Origin: Octopus bimaculoides | Taxonomy: Eukaryota | Length of the DNA: 64,000 nucleotides | NCBI RefSeq assembly: GCF_001194135.2 | Contig: NC_068988.1 | Span: forward strand, 38,769,582 to 38,833,581 | Direction: 5' to 3' | Shown here: positions 25,213-37,595 of the stretch, one piece after another | Position numbering within the stretch: position 1 is the stretch's first letter | How the letters are laid out: each line of letters starts with the position of its first letter | Position numbers and translations under genes: made by a program | The notes under the pieces: model-generated | Told to the model about the DNA's origin: nothing | What the model saw: only the letters and a program-made list of their open reading frames with translations | Database searches by the model: none

Positions 25213-25439
25213 ACAGAGGTTTCCCCATGAGATAATTAAATTAGAAATTTGACGAACCTAAACTAAACATGATTCTTATCGAAAACAAAACAATAAAAAA
25301 TGCATGAATTATAAAAAAAAAAACAACCATTCTCTTCTATATAACTTTTGACATTTTCCTCGTCAGTATGAAGCAAAGAATATAGATTTAAGAATCAAAT
25401 AATTGAAGGAAAAGACAACCAATACAGTAACAATCGCTT

Positions 25440-25580
25440 ATTGTCGCGAGCTGATACGGAACCTTTTTGATAACAATAACCGGCTGGTGGCATTAAGCGG
25501 AAAATATAACAATACCTCGAACTTTTGGTGGACTCACTGATTTTTGGGGTGACTCGCGATTATAATGAGTGATTTCCATT
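25440..25580. promoter_or_regulatory. Candidate promoter segment within the CpG-retaining domain
   Basis: Two TCGCGA palindromes (25444-25449 and 25554-25559) in CpG-rich unique sequence. Function is inferred only. Confidence 0.3.
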
Positions 25581-26503
25581 GCGTAATGTGTGTGGATATA
25601 TAACATACATATATACGTGTGTGTGTAATTGTTTTTCTAGTTAATAGTACAGAAGTATATTTTGTAATAAAAACATAATAAAACAAATTTAGGCTGGGAA
25701 AACTAAATGTACTTATACGTTTACAAGGAATAATTATTCTTCACGGAAGAAAAAAAATATTCAGCTGAAAGAACACATCTTTTAATAAAAGGATAGAGAT
25801 AAAAGAAGAGACAACGATAAACAAATGGAAAATAATATAAGCCAAAAAAAAAAAAAAGTTCAAAGACCCAGAATTCCATTCCCTCTTCTCTCTCTCTCCT
25901 TCTCCTCATGCACACCATATCACACGCACGTACGCACACAGACACGCATATACACACCATAACACACGCACGTACGCACACATCATATTATACAAACACG
26001 CATACACACACACATCATATTATACAGATACACGCACGCGCGCGCGCACCGTGTTTTCCAAAGACTGCGCTTGTTTTTAGGTGCAGCCTTAAGAATAAAA
26101 CAGTTGCAATAACAGACACAAGCGATTTGAATGTAATTTTGGAATACAGTGTGTGTATGTGTGCGTGTTCAGCCTTGTTATTTCTCTAGTAAAATACCAT
26201 TTCGGATATATACATATTTATTATATTAAATAACCGAGGTTTAATTATAGCAGACAACCTTTTTTTCTCACTTTGGTAAGTTGTTGATTTAATATTGTTT
26301 TAATTGAAATATCATTGTTATTGTTATTTCTATAAGCCATATCCTCTGTCCACAACAAGGAACTGAGTGTGTGTATTTGATATTTCTGTCTATTTCTTTG
26401 AGATTAATATTTCTCTCTGTCTCCCTCTTTGGGATTGGTTTTTGTCTGCTACTGTGGTATGTTTTTTTTTATTTTATTTTTTTACTTCTGTGTCTGTGCG
26501 TGT

Positions 26504-26534
<31 letters not shown>

Positions 26535-27229
26535 TAATAGTAATTTCGGTATTTTTGTTAGTTTTCGTGCGAGTGTTTGGATGTAGTCTCAGAATGCGTA
26601 TTTAGAAAGATGTCATTGTGCCTACCTATGCCTCTGTATGTGTGTGTGTATGTATTTGTTATGTTATTGTGCGCGTGTATATCTGTGTATATGTGTGTGT
26701 ATGTGCATACATATATATATATATATATTATACATATATATACTAGGATGTATGTATCTATGTTATTGTCATTGTGTTATATATATATATATACTAGTGT
26801 GTATGTATCTTTATGTTATTGTGTGTGTGTGTGTCTTGTGCCAGTGTGTAAAGCATTTTATGAGAACCTTTGTCTGGTTTGATCGCATTGTGTATGACAG
26901 TGAATATTAACATGTAAAGGTTTTATGTCTGACTTGGCGGATATTGGGAGAAAGAGAAAGAGCGAAAACATTTTGTATGTGTGTGTGAACAAATATAGTT
27001 TATATCGCACTGGAGATTACCATAATTACAACGACAACAATACGCACACATATCAAAAAGAGAATGACATGATTAATATTTGGATTTCAGATTATTCCTA
27101 AAATTTTATGCTTTAAATCCTGACGAAAAACTCTTAACTATTGTCATTGTCAGATGTGCTGGTAGTTTATTATTCCATATTGAGGGCTACTCTATTTGTA
27201 CAGTGTATATGTTTATGTTTATCTATTTA

Positions 27230-27345
27230 TCGATAGATAGATAGATGCGTGTGTGTATATATGTATAAGCGTGTGTGTTTATATAGATGTATAAGCGCGT
27301 GCGTGTATATATATATATATATATATGCGTGTGTATATATAAATT

Positions 27346-27403
<58 letters not shown>

Positions 27404-27565
27404 CACACACATATCTATATATATAGAGAGAGAGAAAGAGAGAGAGAGATAAGCGTGTTTGTGTGTATATAAATCTATAAGCGTGTGTGTGTATATATGT
27501 ATAAAGCGTGTGTTTGTGTATGTATACACACACACATACACATAGATATATATATATATATATAT
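27230..27565. repeat. Compound (TA)/(GT)/(GA) microsatellite with a recurring tataagcgtgtgt unit
   Basis: Directly visible. It is the source of the Tyr-Ile ORFs at 27223-27673. Confidence 0.95.
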
Positions 27566-29105
27566 ATGGGCGTTTTGCAAAATCTTTCTAGAATGACCTC
27601 TTGTATAATAGAATTTACAGTTTTTCACCCCTTCTCTCCCTCCTCCCAAAACACTAATAGAAATATCCACTAAATAATTTTTAAACTAATTTAAAAACTG
27701 TGTACATGTGTTAGGAATGTCAACCCAGACATAGACGAACTTAATAATACAAATAATGTCTGAGTGATGCTGTAGTATTTTTATCTTGAGCCGCGAATGT
27801 ATATATACGTATATATATATATTTCAAAATTTGTTAAGTCACTGTATACACGCTTGCTCGGATATTTATTATACATCATCCATCCGTATATAATGTCTTT
27901 TATAACAAACATATTTTGGTAATTCCCTTTGTTCTGTATCTTTTTACTTCATAAAGTATTGGATGGAATAGAACCTTGTAAATTTCTTTGCCTATGTAAT
28001 ACCTTAATTTTCTTTTGTTTTGTGATGGTTTTGTTATCTACTTTTAGCTTTAAATTGCGTTAATTTATAGAAGAATTAATGACATTTCTTGAATTTTTGC
28101 AATTTGGTATAATTATATTATAACTGCTGTAATTCAGAATGTTTCGATCAAAGGCAATAGATTTTTATAACTTTACAGAACAGATTAAGAAACAACAGTG
28201 TAATGCTTAGAGTATGTATGTATGTATGTATGTATGTATGTCGAACATACGGATGTATGTATGTATGTATATGTGTATGTACAGATGTGTGTGTGTATGT
28301 TTGTATTTACGGATGTATGTATCTGTCTGTGTATGTGTGTGTGTATGTCTGGCTTTAATTACAATTATTTCACTACACTTCAATACTTTATCAAAGATCT
28401 TTCAAGTAATAGGATGTATTAAAACAATTTCGTTTTAAGGTATCTCTTGTTTAATACAAGTAATATCGACTCGGTACTGTTAGCGTATTGAGTACTTTTT
28501 CGAGTTACACTCTAATCGATCTATAATCGATATGTAACGATCACTCACACACATACATACATACATACATGTTCGTACACATACATGAATACCCGTACAT
28601 ACATATATACATACAAACACAGGTTCATGCATATATATGTTCATACGTACAGATACATACTGGTTCATTTATACATACATACAGTGTAATTGTAAAGAAG
28701 CTTATCTGTTCTTTTCACATTCACACAAATTGATTAGTAAAAAAAAAAAGGCAATTTAAAAATTTTTTATTTTTAATACCCTCTCTGTTTCTCTGATATG
28801 AAAAATTCTACGTGAGCGAACATACAAATGTTGACAGAAGATAATGTAACAAACAACAGACTCAACGTTTGCCTGTCTTGTTGCAAATATGCGTGTATAA
28901 TATATAACAGAGAGTGTATAGTTGATGTATTAATAAAGCATGTTCACTGGGGATGTTGTGAGCTATTCCTTCCTTGTAGTATAATGGCATTAATTTTTTT
29001 TCACAGACGATACGATATACATAAATCCGGCTGAGCAAAAATGAAAAAACTATATAAAAATGCTAAGTGGTTTACTATCGTGTTTAAACAGTTCTTCCTC
29101 TCCAG

Positions 29106-29114
29106 TTATCAATG
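29106..29114 (+). other. Candidate 9-nt microexon TTATCAATG
   Basis: Acceptor ttcttcctctccag and donor G|gtgcgt; frame-preserving length. No transcript evidence. Confidence 0.2.
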
Positions 29115-30354
29115 GTGCGTCAATTATGACTAGGAAGCGGGGTTAGAGTTAGGGGTTAGTTGTTGTTGCCTGTTTAGCTGTTTAACCCTAGGTCACCCCT
29201 ACCCAAATAGACATATAAAGGTATGCCTTCTACTCGTCTAGTCTGTTTGCATTGTTCTATTTATTCTCGTGGCTGTCTTAGTATATTATAAACTCCCTGG
29301 CAAATCAATACACTGAACCCTAGAGTTTTTATTTATTGACATACAGAGCTGAACATCTGACCCTGTACCTGATACCCCTACCCCACGGCAAATGCCTAGC
29401 TTTCCCACGTTTTAATATGGCACTGTATATTTTCCCGTTTTCTTGTTTTAAATTTTAATTTTTGATGGCTCAGTATGATTTGAGAAAGATTAGATGGTGA
29501 TTTCTAGCTAACCGAGCGACCACGTCGAGTCTCTCTCGTTCTCTTAGCGTGGGAATTCTTTAAGGTAATGATTATTTGTCAAATGTTAGCTCTACATTAT
29601 GTTTGTCTTTTCTCTAAGAGAATTCTTCTTTAGTTTGGATCGGTCTCAACTCTGATCCATCAGACTTATATTATAAAAAGTGTTAGAGCTGCATTGTCCC
29701 ATCTCACCCCATTCAGACATAGTGTATCGAGGGGTACACTATTCAGTGTGTCCTTTCTTGAAGCTACCCAGGTGTGATTTGAATGAGATTTAGCTGCTAT
29801 TTTCCAGCATGTCTAGTGACCATGTGGAGGTTTTTCCCCCTCGTTAGTTCTTCTTACATGAGTGGCTAGTGTATGTAGGAGTTCACTGATAGCAGATCAT
29901 GCAGAATATTGGCAACATTACGCTGTGTATAAACACTGAAGTGGTATTTCTCGGAGCAGTAAACTAGCATTAAAAGACATTCTTTAATCGCTTTTCGTAA
30001 CAGTGTACCTTAGAGTAATAATATATAACTTCCACAGCCAGTCGATAAACACCTAACGAAAACGTTTTCAATTGACTGTAAACCCTCTTTACCTTTCGAC
30101 CAAATAAAACATACATCAAACAATTGTCAACTGCGGTATTAAAATTTAGTACTCCTATAAAGCATCCTCGATATCTATGGAATTATATAATAGCAATGTT
30201 CTGTTCAGAACAAGAAACTGAAAATGCCGTGTTTAAAGGTTGTCTGCTTGTGTGAGAGGAGTCTTAACAATGCGATATTCTACCAATTAGTAAACCTGAG
30301 GGCTGCTATTGTCACAAAACGCTAACTTGATTCTTCTTTGCTAACAATCTGCAG

Positions 30355-30496
30355 CCGGGTGCAGCAGTGTACAACAGACACAGCCAGGAACCCGCCACCA
30401 TTAAATCCTACTGACGCTGATCCCGCCCCTACCCCGCATGCACATAACGGTTGATAGTTGCCACCCCGTTGTAAAAATTTGTGAAATGAAAATAAA
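30355..30496 (+). CDS. Candidate terminal exon of an unidentified gene
   Basis: CTAAC branch point (30322-30326), pyrimidine tract and tgcag acceptor. The GC-rich body reads PGAAVYNRHSQEPATIKSY* (stop 30412-30414) or RVQQCTTDTARNPPPLNPTDADPAPTPHAHNG* (stop 30452-30454). AATAAA at 30491-30496, followed by a U-rich tract. Confidence 0.35.
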
Positions 30497-30662
30497 ATAT
30501 AAAGTACATCCGCTTGAGATATTAAGCATCACGTCTGTTTTTATATTTCTGTCTCTGCCTCTGTCTGTCTGTCTCTCTTTCTGCCTTTTTATTTGGATTT
30601 CTGGTTGTCATCTGCCAGTCTCTCTCTGTCTTTTCTCTTTCATACTATCTTTGTGTGTGTGT

Positions 30663-30737
<75 letters not shown>

Positions 30738-31019
30738 CATGTATAATACATCAGGATCTTTGTTTTCTTAGCTTGTATATGTATATCCATTTATATATTT
30801 GTGGTAGTTTAGCCCTTGGTTAATTACTGATCGAGTAGAACTTATGACGGGAACCATTCCAGCTTTGATCCTCTGTTTCCTCTTAAGGGATTTAATACAG
30901 CATTATCAAATGTGTATGCTTCCTTGTTTAAGACAGTTATATGAACTGAGGGTGATTTAGCTGCTGTTTCTAGCAAGTGCAGCGACTGCGTATAGGTTCC
31001 TTTTCTTTTTTGTATGTAG

Positions 31020-31062
<43 letters not shown>

Positions 31063-32887
31063 AATTGTGTGCTTGTGCACTTGCAGAGTTGGCACTCCCC
31101 AAGTTATAGAAGCTAGCTTTTTTGGTTGGTTTCCTCTAAGCATTGTACTACTTAATAACATGATGTCAATAGCCAACACAGAGGTCTCTATGTGGTTGTT
31201 TAACCTGCTAAAAATAGCTGCCAAATTTCCTTCTGCTTATGCTTTGAAATTTTAAACAGGGAAGCAACAGATTGGATAAAGTTGTTCTACATGTAGCTGT
31301 AAAAAGTTGTCCTGGCTGGATAGTGAATCCTTGATGAGAGATCTACTGGCTGAGAGTTAACATGGCAGCTAAACAAAATTATCATTAGCATCTACTCTTA
31401 TGTTAACAGTGTTATTGGGAAAGGAATGAATGTCTCACACTTGTAATCAAGAAACTCTAGAAACAATGGTGGCTCTTAACAATCATCATCATCATCATAA
31501 TCATCATCATCATTTAATGTCTGTGTTCCATGCTGGCACAGGTTGGATGGTTTGACAGAAGCTGACCAACTGGGGTGCCTAAGTTCACTTTGCAACTACA
31601 TGGTTGAGATTTGCTCCTAGGGTGCATGCAGTACTGTAGGCAAGTGTCTTCAATTCTAGTACTGGTTTGGTCAAACCCTTTGTAAGTGTGGTAGGACCAT
31701 TCTTTTTCTTATTGAGTGAGGAATTTAATCTGCCACCTAATTTAACAATCACCAAAATGTTGAGTGCCTTTAGCAAGTTTAAGGATATCTTTCTCCTTTT
31801 CTTCTACCAGTCTAGAAGCCCTGATAAAAGATATTCCTTGTTACTATTATTCCTCTTTTGACTCAAGCATTAAATAAAACCCTCCATGGTAGAAAACTAA
31901 TCTTGGCTAGCTATTTGAATTGTTGAACATTTAACTGATAACTTTTATATCTAGAGAGGCAGTTTTTAAAACTTTTATGTCTATAAATTATATCTTATTT
32001 ATTATTTAAACAATTTTGTATTTCTACACTAATTGGTGTATAATCTTGTATATAGTGATTTTTTTTTAGGTAAGTACAATGGTATGTATTTCTCTGATGA
32101 AGTCAGAATAATACTAAAACATGCCTAAAGTTGTCTCCCATACTTGTCGATTTAAATAATAAGATTAATATTGAATTTTTTCTCCTTGCAATGCATAATT
32201 ATTTCTGGTTAGCTTTTTAATTCTTCCTATATTGAATAACTTAATTTTGTTATTTTTCATATGAATAGCATCTTTCAAAAATTTCTTCTGTGAGCAGTTC
32301 TGTTTTGCCAAGATAACCAGTTATCAATCTTATATAATTCACCTGATGATTCTCTTATCGAAACAGTGAAATCCTTACTTCACTGATACCATTAGTAAAA
32401 GAAATTGAAACCTGTTCAGAGTTGACCCCAAAACTTGCTGAAATAACTTAATTAACATCAGTCATTGACTAATCTTGCATCTTTCTTCACTACATCATTA
32501 TTTCCAATTATCTTCATAATTTTTCTTTCATTAAATACATTAATACTTACTTGTATCTGTTAACCACTCCATTATAAGGTTTAGATTCGGTTACAACTGT
32601 TTGCTCATAATAATCTGTTTGACTGTCAGTAAAACATACTAAAAAGCTCTAGCTTTCAGGATTCAGGATGTTGCCACTAATGTAAACCCCCACCCTCATA
32701 CACACCTGTCATTGCTTTTCATACTGGATGTACAAAGGTTACAGCCAATATCTCAATTCATCCATCATTTCATTTTACTATTGTTCTTTCCTTTCTAATG
32801 TTATAAAGATTTCCTTGATTTTGATAGCATGCAACTCCTGGCTCATTATGCTCTGAGTTCTGATCCTGCCAAGGTGAACTTTGCCTT

Positions 32888-33135
32888 GTGGAGGTGCATG
32901 GTTTAATGGTTAAAGTATTGGACTCCTGACTGTATGATTGTGGTTTTGATTCCTGGACTGGGCGACGTGTTATGTTCTTGAGCAAAACAATTCATTTCAT
33001 GTTGTTCCAGCCCACTCAACCAACAAAAATGAGTAATCCTGTGATGGACTGGTGTCCCATCCAGGTGCAGAATATATACACCATGGAAACTGGGAAATGA
33101 GCCCTTGTAGGTCAGCATGACTCAAGAAAGAAACT
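32888..33135 (+). mobile_element. SINE family C, tail type 2
   Basis: gtggaggtgcatggtttaatggttaaagtattggac...ttgattcctggactgggcg...tgttcttgagcaa...cctgtgatggactggtgtcccatccagg. Confidence 0.85.
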
Positions 33136-33290
33136 TTACCTTTTTACTGTTACCAACTTTACCTTTCGTCCTTTTGGAATTGATAAAATAGAGTATCAAT
33201 AAAATACTGGGGTTGATATAACCAACTTACCCGATCCCCTAAAATCGCTGGCCTTGTGCCTAAATCAGGAATCATTTGACAAATAATATA

Positions 33291-34416
33291 TTGGGTCATC
33301 CCGTAAATAATGCGGTTTTTTTATACCTCTTTTATTTTTCAAAATTTAAAATAAACAAAGTTCTTTTTTAATCTAAAATATACTCTCCTTCATTTTCTGC
33401 AATGCTCTTCCATCTATCTGGTAGACTTGCAATGCCTCTCTTCTAAAATTCACTTGTCTGTGGCGAAAAATACTCCTCCAGTACTGTTCTGACCTCGTCT
33501 ACAGAATTCATATTTTTTCCATCCAAATGATTTTGAAGACTGCGGAATAACTGATAATTATATGGGGCAATGTCCATCAAATATGGTATGTGGGGCATCG
33601 TTTCTCATTTAGAATGCTCCAACCACCTTTGGAAAGTCATCCTTGCTGTATGTGGCCAAGCATTATTCTGATGGAAGAACAGCTTTCGTCTTTGGGGTTT
33701 AAAAGTTCAAAGTGGACTAAACCTTTCATATCCCACCAAACAGATAACAACACCTTACATGAGTGAAGACCTTCTTTAGCCTGGAGTGCTTGTGTTTCTC
33801 CTTTCCCTACCCACTGTCTTCAGGGTTTGACATTTTAATAGAGAGCCTACTTCTCATCACCAGTCACTATTTAGTCCAAAAAAGGTTCATTTGTGAGGAA
33901 CCCTTTGACCCAATATGCTGACTTTTTCAATGGCACACAGGTGTCAATGAATGTTTAAATAACTAAATCCAAGCTTCTCTGCGTGTTCCTCAACAGTTAT
34001 GATGGGATTTCAGGACATCCTTGTTGAGCTCTACAAATCTTCCAGGACAAGGTTCATCTTCTAGGCTGTAGATTCCAGCTCAGAATTTCTAGAACCACCG
34101 TTGACACTGGTTTATGCTTATCATCTAATTCTCATATGCTGCATTAATACTCCTCGCACTTTCCATTGCATTTTTGCCGTTATTAAACTCATCAAGCAAA
34201 ATATGCTGTATATGCTCCTTTGTCACTTCCATTATAGCTTTGGAAAAATAACTATTCAAAGTGAACTGCATTCTTCAAAACTTGCTCTAAGAATAAGGAC
34301 AAGGTAAAATTACTACCTGCTTTTATAGCAAATTGATGCAGGTAGTTTATCCCATCCCCTTCCAACTTTTAGTTCATGCAATTGAATAGAACTGCATCAT
34401 TTGTGGGATTATCCAT
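33291..34416 (-). mobile_element. Mariner DNA transposon, second defective copy, inverted relative to 16181-17304
   Basis: TA + ttgggtcatcccgtaaataatgc at 33289-33313, with a degraded opposite TIR near 34391-34416. The reverse complement aligns to copy 1. It retains FFHQNNAWPHTARMT but has deletions at 33691/33692 and between two tcacaaa repeats. Confidence 0.93.
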
Positions 34417-34447
34417 TATTTATACATTTGCATAACGAGTCTCTCAA

Positions 34448-34606
34448 TTAAATCCTTCCGCCCTTAAAATTATAGAGGTCCTCACTCGGTGTTGTCTGTA
34501 AGAAAGGCAGGGGGAGAAAATGGAGGGTTAGTGCTGGAATAACCCTGATCTTATTTGAACTGACTTGGGGCAAAATAACAATATCTTCATCAACAGTTAT
34601 TCCCAT
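34448..34606 (-). other. Candidate two-exon small ORF split by a 69-nt intron (34496-34564)
   Basis: Donor CAA|gtcagt, then CTAAC, a long C/T tract and tacag. The spliced product is MGITVDEDIVILPQTTPSEDLYNFKGGRI*. No recognised homology. Confidence 0.25.
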
Positions 34607-36499
34607 TCAACAATTATAATATCAGATGAAATTTTTTTCCCCCTGAGCATGTACTGAATTCAGTGAAGATGAAATAATTTTCAAAGTTCTATATACAGAG
34701 TGGAGACTACTCCAATATCTCAGTAGACTTATGACTAATTCCATAACTAGAAATGGTAGATAAGTGGTTTTTCTTTTCTTTTGTTCTTGGAGTGGAGTTA
34801 AAAGCAAAAAGAGGTACATTAGTAGGTGAGAAGGAATAAGTAAAAAATGAATATTCATAGAAACTCTGGTTAAACAGCATCAATTATTGATTTAAAGCTG
34901 ACATGGGCAATCTGTGGCTCTTTATGCATTTTTGTGTGGCATGTGTAAATTTTTGCTAAAATTTGTTCATCTTTTAATCCCGCTCTGGTAATCTAAACAG
35001 TTTCTTTTCTTTTACTCTTATTCACTTACAATTTTCCTCAGTACTTTTTTTTTATCTATTTCTTTTAAATATTTGCATCGTGTAATATGTGTTGCGCACT
35101 CTGTAGTACACATGATGTTTGTTAAACACATGTACTATAGTGGTGTGACCTGATTTAAGATATGCAATGCAGTATAAGGCCTGTTGCCAGAAAAAAAGAA
35201 AAAAAAAAAGAAAACCGTTACCCATGCTTGATATAAAAGTATTTCCACATTCATATTGGAATTTCTAGTTCAGTATAGAGGAGAACAAACAGAAAATTCA
35301 ACATTTGATGGTATCCAGATTTAAGCATGGGAATACAATGGATGGAAAGCAAGGTGGTGGTGGTGGTGGTGGTGGTGTTCGTAGTGGTGGTGGTAATAGT
35401 AGAGTATGACATATTTCAAGACCAACTGTGATTGCTTTTGGAAAGTATATTTCTTATCTTGAATAAATATGCTGTGTATCCTGGCTAAATTTCAAATATT
35501 GAAATGATTTACTTCACATGTCCATTTGTACTCTGGTATAGCAGTCATTAATCATTTATTTGGCTGTTAATAGAAGTATCAGTTTGTACTCTCCTGTGAC
35601 CTGTTCACTTATGTCTGTCTACATTAAATTTACAAAGAAATGAAGGGGCTGGGGAGGGGGTATGGTGCATAGGTAAGTTGGTGGTGGTGGTGGAAATACA
35701 TGATGTCCGTACAGTAGTGTGTATATTTCATTAGAAGCTCAAGTTTCTTCAATGTGTTTTATCCAGATAATGCTGTAAATATCACATTTTGTGCACAACA
35801 ATTGAATATGTTATGAATGTGTAACTGAGTGTAATGACAGATTCAAATAAATAACCTCAAAGTGAATAGTGGTCAAAATGAGTGTATATGCATTAACGAT
35901 TGCCAAATGACTTTTACCAAATAAATTAACATTTTCTGTGCAGTGATGCAGTGCAATTGTTAGTGACCAGGTTGTGGGTGTCCCAACAAAGTTTTTCAAC
36001 AGTTTACAGCAGCATTTCACAATATTTTTATTCTTGGGGGAACTCTTGGAATATTCCATGTCTCGGGGGGAACCCCTACATAATAGTTTTACATCTTTTT
36101 TAATATTTTTCTTTCTGTTTCATTCAGTTGAATTGCATAATAGATTTAAACAAATCATAAAAATGTCTTTGAAAGGTTCGTCCATTAGACACTACAAAGA
36201 AGGATTTTAAGAAATTTCATTGTAACCAACACACTTTGATTAAATTCTCATTCTATTCTCTATTATGAGGTTATTTTCTCTTGTAGTGTCCTCTTGATGC
36301 CGTCTTGTAGAATATACTATTATCTGTATAATAAAATTTCCACAAACATGGCTCAGATACATTTGCATATAATTAGCCTATTCATTACTACTTCATGTAT
36401 AATCCCCAGCAAACTTACTTGGAGAATTTTTTGTTTGAATGAATTAACTTCATTACTTATTTTTTTTAAAGCCTGGTGCTTATTCTATCAGTCTCTTTT

Positions 36500-36960
36500 G
36501 CCAAACCACTAAGTTATGTGTATGTAAACACATCACTGGTTGTCAAGCTGTGGTAGGGGACAAACATAAACACACACACTCAGCTATATATATAATGGGC
36601 TTCTCTCAGTTTCCTTTGACCAAATCCACTCAAGGCTTTGTTCAGTCCAAGGCTATAGTAGAAGACACTTGCCCAAGGTGTCACGCAGTAGACTGAACCT
36701 GGAACCATGTGGTTGGGAAGCAAGCTTCTTACCACACAACCACACCAGTGCCTATAACTTATTTTTTTCTCCTTTTAATAAGCTTGCTTCCCAACCACAT
36801 GATTTTGGGTTTAGTCTCACTGCATGACACTTTGGGTAAGTGTCTTCTTTTATGGCCCCAGGCTGACCAGTATCTTGTGAGTGATTTGGTGGGTTGATCA
36901 AAGCCTTATTAGTTGAATTAGTAAATGGAAATCAAAGAGAAAAAGCCCATCCTATGTGTG
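36500..36960. mobile_element. Head-to-head pair of SINE family A copies
   Basis: Minus copy about 36500-36745 and plus copy about 36777-36960. Complementary arms about 36620-36730 and 36777-36889. Confidence 0.85.
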
Positions 36961-37595
36961 TGTTTGTATCATCACCTGATTGTTGTGAGTCATCATCATA
37001 CAAGCTTTGTCATGCTTCCAGTCTTTCATGAAAACATGTCTGGCCAAGGGGAAAATCTGACTGAACAAATCCTGTCTGACCTGTGCAAGCATAAAAAAGT
37101 GGATGCTAAATTAAAAAAGCATTGTTAATGATCTCTCCACATTCTTAATCACAATTAAGATATAACAAGCAGAAGCAAATTAAAAAATATAATTATTCAA
37201 GCAGCAATGAATTGTGAACTGACGGAGCTGTGCAACCACAAACTTAATTGGTTCCTTTGAACTAGGAGTTAAAAATATTCAATCCCTTCTCCTGATCCAT
37301 AAGAAGCGCTTGTAATTCTGTTGTTATATTTAAATTGTTTTATTGAAGTACTGTGCTCTTTGTAGCTGTGACCTATTTACTATAATCATTGATAGTATGC
37401 GCCCATACTTCTTTCGTTTTCATCTTCATAAAATGTCAAAACTGTTCAACTCTTTAAAATTTCAGCTGTTAGTGATTCATCTGATAGGACTTAGATAACA
37501 TTGAGTTCCTGGTTTGCATAGTTCTCTTGCTACATGTTTAATCATTCCAATCCCTTATGAGAGATTTCTTAGAACATTGTTGACTATATAGATTA

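Noticed and set aside
31690-31790. Minus-strand peptide VKLGGRLNSSL resembling the BEL/Pao VGGRL..S.L motif
   Set aside because: This is an isolated short match with no flanking integrase, RT or LTR evidence.
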